Shown: positions 54,558-63,118 of the stretch, one piece after another | How the letters are laid out: each line of letters begins with the position of its first letter | How positions within the stretch are numbered: the first letter of the stretch is position 1 | From: Acidimicrobiales bacterium | GTDB taxonomy: Bacteria; Actinomycetota; Acidimicrobiia; Acidimicrobiales; GCA-2861595 | Direction: 5' to 3' | Length of the DNA stretch: 64,000 nucleotides | NCBI GenBank assembly: GCA_035540975.1 | Contig: DATLFN010000136.1 | Coordinates: forward strand, 856-64,855 | The notes under the pieces: model-generated | Told to the model about the DNA's origin: nothing | The model's input: the letters and a program-made list of their open reading frames with translations, nothing else | Database searches by the model: none | Made by a program: the position numbers and the translations under genes

Positions 54558-55535
54558 ATGGCGAGCCAGGCGAACCGACGAGCCACGGTCCCCATCACGG
54601 TGGTGACCGGCGCCTGCGAGGCCACCCGGTGGGCCATCGCCGACGCCCTGGCGTCGCCCGATGGCGTCGTCGTCAGCGCCCACGCGCCTCCCGTCTCCGT
54701 CGGTGCCCGGGTGGTCGACGTCGCCGAGGAGACGTTCCGGACCAACCCCGACTGTCCTTGCTGCGCCGTTCGCTTCGACCTTCTCTCGGTGATCCCGGTG
54801 CTGGCGTGTTCGCACCGGCCGTTGACGCGCATCGTGGTTGCCGCAGGAGAGGACAGCGACGTCGCCCTCGTCGCCCAGACGCTGCTGGCCAGCTCGGAGG
54901 TGGAGCGGCTGGCGGAGCTGGACGCCGTCGTGGTCATCGTCGACGGGCGCCGGGCGTCGGCACGCCTGGCGACAGCCCAACCACTCGCCGGCTCCGCCGG
55001 TGCGGCCGACCAGCTGGCCCTCGCCGACCACCTCGTGGTGACGGGATCGGAGGACCTGACCGCCGACGCGCTGGCCGCGGTATCGAGCGAGCTCCGCAGG
55101 TGCAACCCCCTGTCGCTCCTGTGGCTGACCGAGGCGAGCGAGCTCGACACGACCCGGCTGACCGGTGTGCGCTCGTTCGACCTGGCGACGGTGGCCCAGC
55201 GGTCGAGCCGCCCGGTGCCGCCGGCTCCTCCGCTCGACCCGGACCAGCCGGGCACCGTCGTCATCGAGCTCGCCGGCGATCTCGACGGCGACTTGTTGCG
55301 CGGGTGGTTGGGCCGGCTGATCGAGCACCACGGCCACGACCTGCTCAGGTTGCAGGCGGTCTTCCAGGTCCGGCAGTCGGCCAGCCGTCGGGTGTGCTCA
55401 GGCGTGCGTACCACCATCGCGTGGGGCGACGAGGCTGCGTCGGCCCCGGGCGGATCGGGCAGCCGGGCCCTGCTCGTGGGCCGCCGGCTCGACGCCGACC
55501 TGGTGCGAACGTGGCTGGCCGAGGCGCGGGCGTGA
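54558..55535 (+). CDS. COG0523 (CobW/YjiA/ZigA) family paralog with degenerate Walker A (module B)
   Basis: ATG 54558 follows GAGGGG, in ORF 54033..55535. VPITVVTGACEATRWAIADAL sits in place of the P-loop. The CPCCA (CxCC) motif is retained. Blocks RIVVAAGEDSDVALVAQTLL, LDAVVVIVDG and LADHLVVTGSEDL are present, followed by a CobW_C-like tail. Confidence 0.75.
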   Translation: MASQANRRATVPITVVTGACEATRWAIADALASPDGVVVSAHAPPVSVGARVVDVAEETFRTNPDCPCCAVRFDLLSVIPVLACSHRPLTRIVVAAGEDSDVALVAQTLLASSEVERLAELDAVVVIVDGRRASARLATAQPLAGSAGAADQLALADHLVVTGSEDLTADALAAVSSELRRCNPLSLLWLTEASELDTTRLTGVRSFDLATVAQRSSRPVPPAPPLDPDQPGTVVIELAGDLDGDLLRGWLGRLIEHHGHDLLRLQAVFQVRQSASRRVCSGVRTTIAWGDEAASAPGGSGSRALLVGRRLDADLVRTWLAEARA

Positions 55536-56653
55536 AGGCCGCAGGGCAGCGCACCGACGACTGGGCCCGTCCCTGGCTCGAGGCCGAGGCGAGCGACGCG
55601 TTCACCGACGCCATCACCGCGGTCTCGTGGGCCCCTTCGGGTGACGCCCTGGCGGCGGGATCCCTCGGCGGCGAGGTACGGATCGTCGCCGGCGGCGGGC
55701 ACGAGGCGCCGGCGCCGGCGTCGTCGCCCATCGCGCTCCACCCCGGCGGGGCGCTGTGCCTGGCCTGGTCCCACGACTCGGCGTGGGTCGCCAGCGGCGG
55801 CACGGATGCCCGCCTCGTCGTGCGCCACCGCCGGATGGGGACGGGCATGGAGGTGGAGCTGGCCGGATGGGTCCGGTCGGTGGCCTGGAGCCGGGACGGC
55901 TGGCTGGCGGCAGCGGCCGGCCGGGAGGTGTACGGGGCGCACCTCGACGACGGCCGGTGGCACACCCTGGCGCCCCATCCCGGGCCCGTGACCGCCCTGG
56001 CGTGGAGCGACCGCTCATCGCCCGGCCTTCCGTCCCGCCTCGCCGTCGCCGGCGTGGGCGGCCTGCGCTGGTACGAGCCTTCTCGGGACGGCGAGCCCGT
56101 CGCCAGCCGCTGGGAGGCCGCTGCGCTGCTCACCATGGTGGTCGACGCGGCCGCCGGGACCGTGGCCGCCGGCAGCCTCCGCGGCCGGGTGTGGGTGTCC
56201 GGCGTCGGACCGGGCCCCTGCGCTCGCGCCCACGGGCGCCTGGGCCCGGTCAGGCGCCTGGCGTGGAGCCGCGGGGCGAGCCGCCTGGCAGCCGCCGAGG
56301 AGAGCCGCATCGCCGTGTGGGACCACCGCCGCAGCCGAGCTGCGCAGCCGGGCCGGCTCCAGGACGCTATCGCTCACCCCAGCGCCTTCGTCTCGCTGCC
56401 GGCCCACCCCGGCGGGGTCTCCGACGTGGCGTGGGACCCCGGCGGCGAGATCCTGGCGTCGGTGGGAGCCGACGGCCACGTCGCGTTGTGGAAGCCCGAC
56501 GAGACCCGGGACCCCCTTCAACGCATCGACCTGGGCGAGCCCCTCTCCTGCCTCGCCTGGCGGCCCGACGGCACCGGCCTGGCCGCCGGTGGCGAGGCGG
56601 GCTCGCTGCACCGGTTGAGGCTCCGTCACCGACCGCCTACGTCCCGCCCATGA
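55532..56653 (+). CDS. WD40 repeat protein (module B)
   Basis: GTG 55532 overlaps (GTGA) the stop of the COG0523-like gene. Repeats: ITAVSWAPSGDALAAGSLGGEVRIV, CLAWSHDSAWVASGGTDARLVV, VTALAWSD, VRRLAWSRGASRLAAAEESRIAVWD, VSDVAWDPGGEILASVGADGHVALWK, LSCLAWRPDGTGLAAGGEAGSLHRL. Confidence 0.8.
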   Translation: MKAAGQRTDDWARPWLEAEASDAFTDAITAVSWAPSGDALAAGSLGGEVRIVAGGGHEAPAPASSPIALHPGGALCLAWSHDSAWVASGGTDARLVVRHRRMGTGMEVELAGWVRSVAWSRDGWLAAAAGREVYGAHLDDGRWHTLAPHPGPVTALAWSDRSSPGLPSRLAVAGVGGLRWYEPSRDGEPVASRWEAAALLTMVVDAAAGTVAAGSLRGRVWVSGVGPGPCARAHGRLGPVRRLAWSRGASRLAAAEESRIAVWDHRRSRAAQPGRLQDAIAHPSAFVSLPAHPGGVSDVAWDPGGEILASVGADGHVALWKPDETRDPLQRIDLGEPLSCLAWRPDGTGLAAGGEAGSLHRLRLRHRPPTSRP

Positions 56654-56719
56654 CGGGCGGCTCCGGTCCCGGCCGCGGTGCGAACCTGGCCGCTGGCCCG
56701 CCTCCGGTGGAGGCCGAGG

Positions 56720-57559
56720 TCAGGGCGCAGGCGCAGACCGGGCCACGCGATGCAGGCGCAGCCGGCGGGCGCCGGCTCCGGCCCCCGCCGCCGCCAGGTA
56801 GGCGGCGATGGCGGTGAGCACGATGGCGGAGCCGGGGCTGTAGTCGAGGTAGTGCGCGACCGACAGCCCGGCCACGGCACTGGAGGACCCGACGGCGGAC
56901 GCGGTGACGAGCGTGCCCCGGTAGCTGGAGGCCAGCTGGGCGGCGGCGGCCACGGGTACGACCATCATGGCGGCGATGAGCAGCAGGCCGATCGACGACA
57001 TCCCGGCGACGACCACGAGCGAGACCATCAGGGTCAGGGCCAGGACGATCCGGTCGGTGGCGACGCCCGACACCCGGGCCGCTTCCTCGTTGAAGGCCAG
57101 GGCGACGAGGCGGGGATAGAGGACCGCGGTGAGGGCCACCACCGCGGCGGCCAGGACGGCGATGAGCCACACCCGCCCCCAGCTCAGGTTGAGCGGGCTT
57201 CCGAACAGCACGCCGACGAGGCGCGTCTGGCCGGCGCCCGCTCGCGCCGAGAGGAGGTACCCCAGGGCGATCCCCCCGTAGAAGATCAAGGCGATGGCGA
57301 GGTCGCCGGCGAGCCCGGCCCGGGACATGCGGATCAGGAGCAGGCCGGCGACGACGCTGCACGCCAGCGCACCGAGAAGCGGCTCGGCGCCGACCAGGAA
57401 GGCCAGGCCCACCCCGGCGAAGGCGACATGGCCCATCCCGTCGCCGATGAGCGACTGCCCCCGCTGGACGATGAAGCTGCCGACGAGAGGGGCGACGCCC
57501 GCCGTCAGCGTGCACGCCACCAGCGCCCGCTGCATGAACTCGAACTCGAACGGGTTCAC
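56720..57559 (-). CDS. znuB: metal (Zn/Mn) ABC transporter permease ZnuB type
   Basis: GTG 57559 overlaps the znuC stop. VNPFEFEFMQRALVACTLTAGVAPLVGSFIVQRGQSLIGDGMGHVAFAGV...AFNEEAARVSGV. Confidence 0.88.
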   Translation of the reverse strand: MNPFEFEFMQRALVACTLTAGVAPLVGSFIVQRGQSLIGDGMGHVAFAGVGLAFLVGAEPLLGALACSVVAGLLLIRMSRAGLAGDLAIALIFYGGIALGYLLSARAGAGQTRLVGVLFGSPLNLSWGRVWLIAVLAAAVVALTAVLYPRLVALAFNEEAARVSGVATDRIVLALTLMVSLVVVAGMSSIGLLLIAAMMVVPVAAAAQLASSYRGTLVTASAVGSSSAVAGLSVAHYLDYSPGSAIVLTAIAAYLAAAGAGAGARRLRLHRVARSAPAP

Positions 57560-58290
57560 GTGGCGGCGGCGTGGCGGACGGCGGCCGGGGCGACGGGGGC
57601 GGAGACGTCGACGAGCTGACCGTCGTCGACCGCCAACACCCGGTCGGCCAGCCCCGTGAAGGCTCCCGGGTCGTGGCTCACGTAGACGACGGCCATGCCT
57701 TCGACCCGCACCAGGTGCTCGAGCGATTGCCGCAGCACGGCCCTGGCGGCGGCGTCGACTCCGGTCGTCGGCTCGTCCAGCACCAACAGCTGCGGAGCGG
57801 TCACCAGAGCGCGGGCGATCAGGGCCCGTTGCTGCTGGCCGCCCGAGACCTCCGACACCCGCCGGCGCCTGACGTCGGCGAGGCCCATGAGGTCCAGGAC
57901 GTGCTCGAGGCGCTCGCGCGTGGCGCTTCCCCGCCGCACGGCGCGCCTGGTGCCCGCCAGCCCGCTGCGAACCACCTCCTCGACGCTCAGCGGCAGCGCC
58001 GAAGACGCGACCGCCCGCTGGGGGACGTACCCCAGCTGCCACCACTGCCGGAACGATCCCGTGGCCACGCCGAAGAGGCGCACGCTCCCGCGGTCGGGGC
58101 GGAGCAGGCCGAGGCTCAGGCGCAGGATCGTGGTCTTCCCCGCGCCGTTGGGGCCGACGACGGCGACGCACTCGCCCTTGTGGACGGACAGCGACACGTC
58201 CCGCACCACCGCAACGGCCCCGTAGGCGAACGTGACGGCGTCGAGCTCGAGGACCGGGCGCGGCGCAGGCACGGGCCGGCGACCCCTCAA
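57556..58290 (-). CDS. znuC: metal ABC transporter ATP-binding protein ZnuC type
   Basis: Walker A GPNGAGKTTILR, signature VSGGQQQR, Walker B LLVLDEPTTGVD. The chosen start is TTG 58290, overlapping the znuA stop (TTGA). An in-frame GTG at 58272 is an alternative. Confidence 0.85.
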   Translation of the reverse strand: MRGRRPVPAPRPVLELDAVTFAYGAVAVVRDVSLSVHKGECVAVVGPNGAGKTTILRLSLGLLRPDRGSVRLFGVATGSFRQWWQLGYVPQRAVASSALPLSVEEVVRSGLAGTRRAVRRGSATRERLEHVLDLMGLADVRRRRVSEVSGGQQQRALIARALVTAPQLLVLDEPTTGVDAAARAVLRQSLEHLVRVEGMAVVYVSHDPGAFTGLADRVLAVDDGQLVDVSAPVAPAAVRHAAAT

Positions 58291-59258
58291 GGGCAGCCGA
58301 GGGCGGTGGCGAACTGGCGGGCCTGCTGGCGGAGCAGCTCGGGGAAGGCGGTGCCGGCCTCGGCGTCGGTGACGGCGTCGAGCGGAGAGACCTCGAGCAG
58401 CTCGACGCCCGCCTCCCTGGCCACGACCTCGGCGTCGCTCCGCCCCTCGACGGGCTCGACCAGGACATGGCCGATCCCCTGGGCCCTGATCTCGGCGACC
58501 AGCTCGGCGAGCTCGGCGCTGGAGGCGCCCGCCTCCGGATTGATCCCGGTGACGCCGTGCTGGGTGTGGCCGAAGGGCCGGAGGAGGTAACCGTACGCCT
58601 GGTGGCTCACCACCGCCTCGTCGAGCCTGCACGGTCCACCCAGCAGGTCGTCCAGGTCCCCGCGCACGCCCATGAGCTCGTCGCGGGCGCCGGCGGCGTT
58701 CTCGCGGTACATCTCCGCTCTCGACGGGTCGGCGGCGGCGAAGGCGGCGCCCACTCGCTCGGCCACCTCGGCCATGATCTCGGCGTCGAACCACATGTGC
58801 GCGTCGATCGCCTCGTCGCCGTGCTCGCCGCTCTCCTCGCCCGCGTGCTCGCCGCTCTCCTCGCCGGCGTGCTCGCCGTCGGAGTGCAAGTCCCCGGCCG
58901 CCCGCAGCACGCGATCACCCGCCACGTCGGACAGTGCCACCACCTCCCCCGACGCTGCTCCCACCGCCTCCTCGACCTGCGGCTGGTAGCCGATGTCGCC
59001 CACGTAGAGCACCACGTCGCTCGTCTCGATCGCCGACCGCTGGCTCGGAGTGAGGTCGAGGTCGTGCGCCTCGGCTCCGCCCGCGGTCAGCAGTGTGACC
59101 TCGGCGTCGGGCGCCACGCGCTCCGCGAGCCATGCCAGTGGGTAGACGGCGGCCACCGCGGAGACGGAACCGTCGTCGGCGGACCCGTCTCCGCCTCCAC
59201 AGCCGGCAGCGACGGACGAGACGAGGGCGAGGGCGAGGACAAGAAGCAGGCGTGGCAT
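58287..59258 (-). CDS. znuA: ZnuA/TroA-family metal ABC substrate-binding lipoprotein (copy 2)
   Basis: ATG 59258 in ORF 58287..59345. Lipobox VSSVAAG-C-GGG. AAVYPLAWLAE...GGAEAHDLDLT...DAHMWFD...SHQAYGYLL. The His/Glu loop HSDGEHAGEESGEHAGEESGEHGDE is encoded by a 24-bp tandem repeat (58821-58880). Confidence 0.88.
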   Translation of the reverse strand: MPRLLLVLALALVSSVAAGCGGGDGSADDGSVSAVAAVYPLAWLAERVAPDAEVTLLTAGGAEAHDLDLTPSQRSAIETSDVVLYVGDIGYQPQVEEAVGAASGEVVALSDVAGDRVLRAAGDLHSDGEHAGEESGEHAGEESGEHGDEAIDAHMWFDAEIMAEVAERVGAAFAAADPSRAEMYRENAAGARDELMGVRGDLDDLLGGPCRLDEAVVSHQAYGYLLRPFGHTQHGVTGINPEAGASSAELAELVAEIRAQGIGHVLVEPVEGRSDAEVVAREAGVELLEVSPLDAVTDAEAGTAFPELLRQQARQFATALGCP

Positions 59259-59284
59259 GAGCCCCCGGTGAGTTCGGCGGTTGG

Positions 59285-59303
59285 TGAGAACAATAACCGT
59301 TTC
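59285..59303 (-). promoter_or_regulatory. Zur-type operator upstream of the znuA(copy 2)-znuC-znuB operon
   Basis: The plus strand reads TGAGAACAATAACCGTTTC. On the gene strand this is GAAACGGTTATTGTTCTCA, which contains the same 15-mer AACGGTTATTGTTCT as at 50101-50115. It lies 28 nt upstream of ATG 59258. Confidence 0.6.
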
Positions 59304-59532
59304 GGATTGGCAGGGACAAGCGGAGGACGCTCTCAATCTCGGCACGCCGCCTACCGATCCTCGCCGGTGGTGGCGCCGCAGCTCTCACGCGTCGGGATCG
59401 CCGGCGGCGCTTGTCAGGCCGAGTCGGGCTGGTGGCGTCGTACCGCGCAAGCCGAGGCCCGCCCAAGTCGTCGGCCACCCAACCGCCGCGGCCGCCGGTT
59501 CCCGCCTGCGCCGGGCATGCCGCCTCCCGAAC

Positions 59533-59556
59533 TAGAATGAGAACTGTTATTGTACC
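59533..59556 (+). promoter_or_regulatory. TAGAAT -10-like hexamer plus Zur-type operator variant upstream of the HAF-repeat gene
   Basis: TAGAATGAGAACTGTTATTGTACC. The segment TGAGAACTGTTATTGTACC matches TGAGAACGGTTATTGTTCT (50097-50115) at 16 of 19 positions. It lies about 93 nt upstream of ATG 59649. Confidence 0.45.
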
Positions 59557-59648
59557 GCCCGGACCGCCGGTGGGTGGCGAGGGCCGCCCGACATTGCCCA
59601 CCGAGTTCACGGCCTACGGGCTGTTCGCCGATGAGGAAGGTGCCAACC

Positions 59649-60710
59649 ATGCGTCGCCATCGTCTGATCCCGGCTCTGCTGGCCGTTCTCCTGGCCGCAC
59701 TGGCCCCCGCCGACGTCTCGGCGCGCCCGGGGTCGGTCCTGGTCACGGACCTGGGCAGTCTGGGCGGCAGCGCCACCTTCGCCCTCGACATCAACGATGC
59801 TCGCCAGGTGACCGGGAACTCCCGAACCACCGGAGGCCAGCTCGTGGCCTTCCTCTGGCAGGGCGGCCACCTCACCGAGCTCGGGTCCCTTCCCGGCGGC
59901 AACGGGTTCAGCCGCGGGTACGCCGTGAGCCCCGACGGCGTCGTCGTCGGCGAGAGCGACAACAACCGGCCCCGCGCCTTCCGTTGGGAGGATGGCGTCA
60001 TGACCGACGTCGGCACGCTCCCCGGCGGGTCCACAGCGGTGGCCCACGACGTGAACGGCTCCGGCGACACCGTGGGCGCCGCCTCGAACGGCTTCGCCAC
60101 CAGGCCGTTCGTCGCCGTCGACGGATCCGAGCCGGTGGACCTCGGGACCCTTGCCGGAACGCCGACATCGTCCGGGCGGGCATGGGCGGTGAACGATCGA
60201 GGCGACGTCGCAGGACTGTCCCGCAACGTTGTCGACAGCACGTCGGAGGCCACGCTCTGGCCGGCAGGAACGCCCGGATCGGCAGTCAGCCTCGGTTCTC
60301 TCGGCGAAGGCCTCTTCAGCCAGGCCTACGCGCTGAACAACCAAAGGGTGGCGGTTGGTGAATCGAGCGTCCTGAGCGGGGACGGGCACGCCGTCGTCTG
60401 GCCGGGCGCGGGAAGCCCGGTCGACCTCGGCACCCTCGGGTTCCGACACAGCCGGGCCAACGACATCAACGAGCGGGGGGAGATCGTGGGGCACGTCGGT
60501 GCCTTCCGCGGGGCACCCACCTCCGGGGGCCGAGCGGTGCTGTGGCGGGCCAACGACGCGGTCGATCTCAACGAGCTGCTCCCGCCCGGGTCACCATGGG
60601 TCCTCCACAGCGCGGAGGGGATCAACGACCGAGGCGACGTCGTCGGCTTCGGTCGTCTGCACGGCCAGCTGAGGTCATTCCTCCTGAACGTGAGGGTCGC
60701 ACGCTCCTGA
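59649..60710 (+). CDS. secreted HAF-family extracellular repeat protein
   Basis: ATG 59649 follows GAGGAAGG. Signal peptide MRRHRLIPALLAVLLAALAPADVSA. Repeated units are of the type A(L/V)DIND(A/R)GQVTG...AFLWQGG.(L/M)T(E/D)LG(S/T)LPGG, as expected for HAF repeats. Confidence 0.8.
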   Translation: MRRHRLIPALLAVLLAALAPADVSARPGSVLVTDLGSLGGSATFALDINDARQVTGNSRTTGGQLVAFLWQGGHLTELGSLPGGNGFSRGYAVSPDGVVVGESDNNRPRAFRWEDGVMTDVGTLPGGSTAVAHDVNGSGDTVGAASNGFATRPFVAVDGSEPVDLGTLAGTPTSSGRAWAVNDRGDVAGLSRNVVDSTSEATLWPAGTPGSAVSLGSLGEGLFSQAYALNNQRVAVGESSVLSGDGHAVVWPGAGSPVDLGTLGFRHSRANDINERGEIVGHVGAFRGAPTSGGRAVLWRANDAVDLNELLPPGSPWVLHSAEGINDRGDVVGFGRLHGQLRSFLLNVRVARS

Positions 60711-60825
60711 GCGGGCGTACGGCCCGGCGGCAACCGCAACGAGCAGCCCGTCGACGCCGTGCGCGCCGGCCAGTACCGCGTCTGCCTCACCTGGCGAACC
60801 GGGCGATGTACGCGCGCCGCGCGTG

Positions 60826-61560
60826 TCAGGTGCGGTACACCGTCACGTGGGCCGTGGAGTCGGCGGTGAAGGGCGAACGCGTCCAGTCCGCCCACCGGCT
60901 CTCCCTGCGAAGCCCGGCCAGCCGGCCCATCAGGTCCAGCTCGGCCGGCCACGCGTAGCGGTGGGTGGCCGGGTACAGCCGGACCCGACCGCCGGCGAAC
61001 ACCGCCTGGGTGGTGCGCATGAGCTGGTCGGCCTGGTCGAGCTCGGCCGCCTCGATGGACAGGACGTCGGGCCCGATCACCCGCGGTCGCAGCAGGCGGT
61101 TGCTCCTGAACCCGCCGACGTCGGGGACCCACGCCTCGACCACGAACCGGCCCCCGGGGCGGAGGTGACGGGCCGCGTTCTGGAAGCACGCCACCTGGGC
61201 GTCCTGGTCGGGCAACGCGAAGATCGTGTTCACGGCCAGCACGACCAGCGAGAACCCCTCCCCCGCCACGGCGTCGGCGAAGTTGCCGATCACGACGCGG
61301 AGCTGTTCGCCACCGGGCTTCTCCCGGAGCTTCGCCACCATCTCGGGCGATCCGTCGATGCCGTGGACGTCGAGCCCCCGGCGCACCATCGGGAGGGCCA
61401 GCCGGCCGGTACCGATGCCGAGCTCGAGCACGGGCCCGCCGTCGGCCAGCTCCACCAGGCAGTCGACCGCCGCGTCGGTCTCCCAGTGGTCGGCGTACAG
61501 CGCGTCGTAGTCATCGGCGATGCCCGAGGCGCCGTACTCGCCGGCGTCGAAGTCGCTCAT
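60826..61560 (-). CDS. class I SAM-dependent methyltransferase
   Basis: ATG 61560 in ORF 60826..61848. Motif I VLELGIGTGRLALPM, post-I HGIDGSPEM, then LRPGGRFVVE. Confidence 0.8.
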   Translation of the reverse strand: MSDFDAGEYGASGIADDYDALYADHWETDAAVDCLVELADGGPVLELGIGTGRLALPMVRRGLDVHGIDGSPEMVAKLREKPGGEQLRVVIGNFADAVAGEGFSLVVLAVNTIFALPDQDAQVACFQNAARHLRPGGRFVVEAWVPDVGGFRSNRLLRPRVIGPDVLSIEAAELDQADQLMRTTQAVFAGGRVRLYPATHRYAWPAELDLMGRLAGLRRESRWADWTRSPFTADSTAHVTVYRT

Positions 61561-61615
61561 CGACGCAGCGTAGGCGCCGCCCTGCTGCCGCCCTACCGCT
61601 TCCCGGACCGGCGGG

Positions 61616-63118
61616 TCACCTGTCCGCCGGGCTCTCCTCGACGAGCAGCGGATCCCCCCGGCGGACCACCCACCGGGCGGCCCGGGTCTCACCTGCCGCC
61701 GGGTCGGTGACCCCGTCCACGTGCCACCACTCGGCCCGCACCCGGTCATGGTCGACGTCGACCACCAGGTACCCGTGGCGTTCGAGGTCGAAGAAGCGGA
61801 CGTGCGGGTTCTGGCGCCGTACGACACGGCGGAGGAGGGCCCGGGCACCGGGAAGGGGCGGCGCCACCTCCTCGGCGAACGACCGGGACGTGATGCTGGG
61901 CGTGACGAGCTCCACGCCGACGGTCCGGGACGGCTGCGTCGGGTCGAGGGTCAGCTCCGACGCCCACGACGAGTGGAGGTCGCCGGTGAGCACCACGATG
62001 TCGCTCACCCCGGCGCGCTCGACGAACTCGAAGAGGTTCCGGCGCTCGCGTGGGTAGCCGTCCCACTGGCCGGCGTTGACGCCGGCACCGCCGGCGACGG
62101 TTCCGGGGAGGAAGCGGCGGAGCGGGCCCGGGAGGGTGACGAGGCGCAGCGGCGCCATCATCACCTGGTTGCCGAGGACCCGCCACGCCGCCGGCGCCCG
62201 CAGCTCGTCGCGGAGCCAACGGCGCTGGCCGTCACCCAGGAGCGAGCGGCTCCGGGACTCGACCGTCGCCACCGGGCGCTCGCCGTCTGCCGCCGGTCGA
62301 TCGCGGCCCTCGAGGCGGGTGTCGAGCATGATCAGGCGGACGAGGTCGCCGAGGGCGAAGCTCCGGTAGATGCGCCCGGGACGCGACCGGTCCGGCGTGC
62401 GGACGGGGAGCCACTCGAGGAAGGCCCGGGTGGCGGCCGCCCGGCGTCGGGGCCACGGCCCGTCCGAGGCCGGGTCGTGGTCGGCGGCGCCGTCGCGCCA
62501 GGCGTTGCCGGCCACGTCGTGGTCGTCCCAGACCGCCACCAGCGGATGGCGCTCGTGCAGGCGCCGGAGGTCGGGGTCGGTCCGGTACTGGGCGTGGCGG
62601 GCCCGATAGTCGGCGAGGGTGCGCAGGCGCGCCGCAGGGTTGTGGGACCGGCCGAGCTCCGTCCACGCCTCGTCGCTCTCGTAGACGTAGTCCCCGAGGT
62701 GCACGACGAGGTCGACCTCGCGCTCGGCCAGATGCCGGTAGGCGGTGAACAGCCCGTGCGCCCAGTTGGCGCACGACACGACGCCCAGGCGCACGGCCGC
62801 CGTCTGCCCGCTCGGCGCCGTCCGGGTGCGCCCGACGGGCGACGCGGCGCCGTCGACCTCGAACCGGTAGTGGTACGTGGTCGCCGGCTCGAGGCCACCG
62901 ACGTCGACCTTCACCGTGAAGTCGTCCTCGGCCGAGGCAGTCGCGTGCCCTTCGGCCACGGCGGGGCCCCCGCCGTCGGACGAGCGAGAGACCCGCCACC
63001 GCACGGGGACGGCGTCGCCCTCGGGGACCGTCACCCGGGTCCACAGCACGACCGCGTCGGGGAGCGGGTCGCCGCTGGCGACCCCGTGGCGGAACGGGCC
63101 GCCTCCACCGGCGGTCAA
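61616..63118 (-). CDS. phoD: PhoD-family alkaline phosphatase/phosphodiesterase
   Basis: The C-terminal part of ORF 61616..63742 reads FRHGVASGDPLPDAVVLWTRV...VSCANW...VVHLGDYVYE...AVWDDHDVAGN...GDLHSSWA. The start is uncertain. TTG 63118 overlaps the upstream stop (TTGA) but leaves no signal peptide. GTG 63217 would add an Arg-rich leader with only a weak hydrophobic region. Confidence 0.75.
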   Translation of the reverse strand: MTAGGGGPFRHGVASGDPLPDAVVLWTRVTVPEGDAVPVRWRVSRSSDGGGPAVAEGHATASAEDDFTVKVDVGGLEPATTYHYRFEVDGAASPVGRTRTAPSGQTAAVRLGVVSCANWAHGLFTAYRHLAEREVDLVVHLGDYVYESDEAWTELGRSHNPAARLRTLADYRARHAQYRTDPDLRRLHERHPLVAVWDDHDVAGNAWRDGAADHDPASDGPWPRRRAAATRAFLEWLPVRTPDRSRPGRIYRSFALGDLVRLIMLDTRLEGRDRPAADGERPVATVESRSRSLLGDGQRRWLRDELRAPAAWRVLGNQVMMAPLRLVTLPGPLRRFLPGTVAGGAGVNAGQWDGYPRERRNLFEFVERAGVSDIVVLTGDLHSSWASELTLDPTQPSRTVGVELVTPSITSRSFAEEVAPPLPGARALLRRVVRRQNPHVRFFDLERHGYLVVDVDHDRVRAEWWHVDGVTDPAAGETRAARWVVRRGDPLLVEESPADR

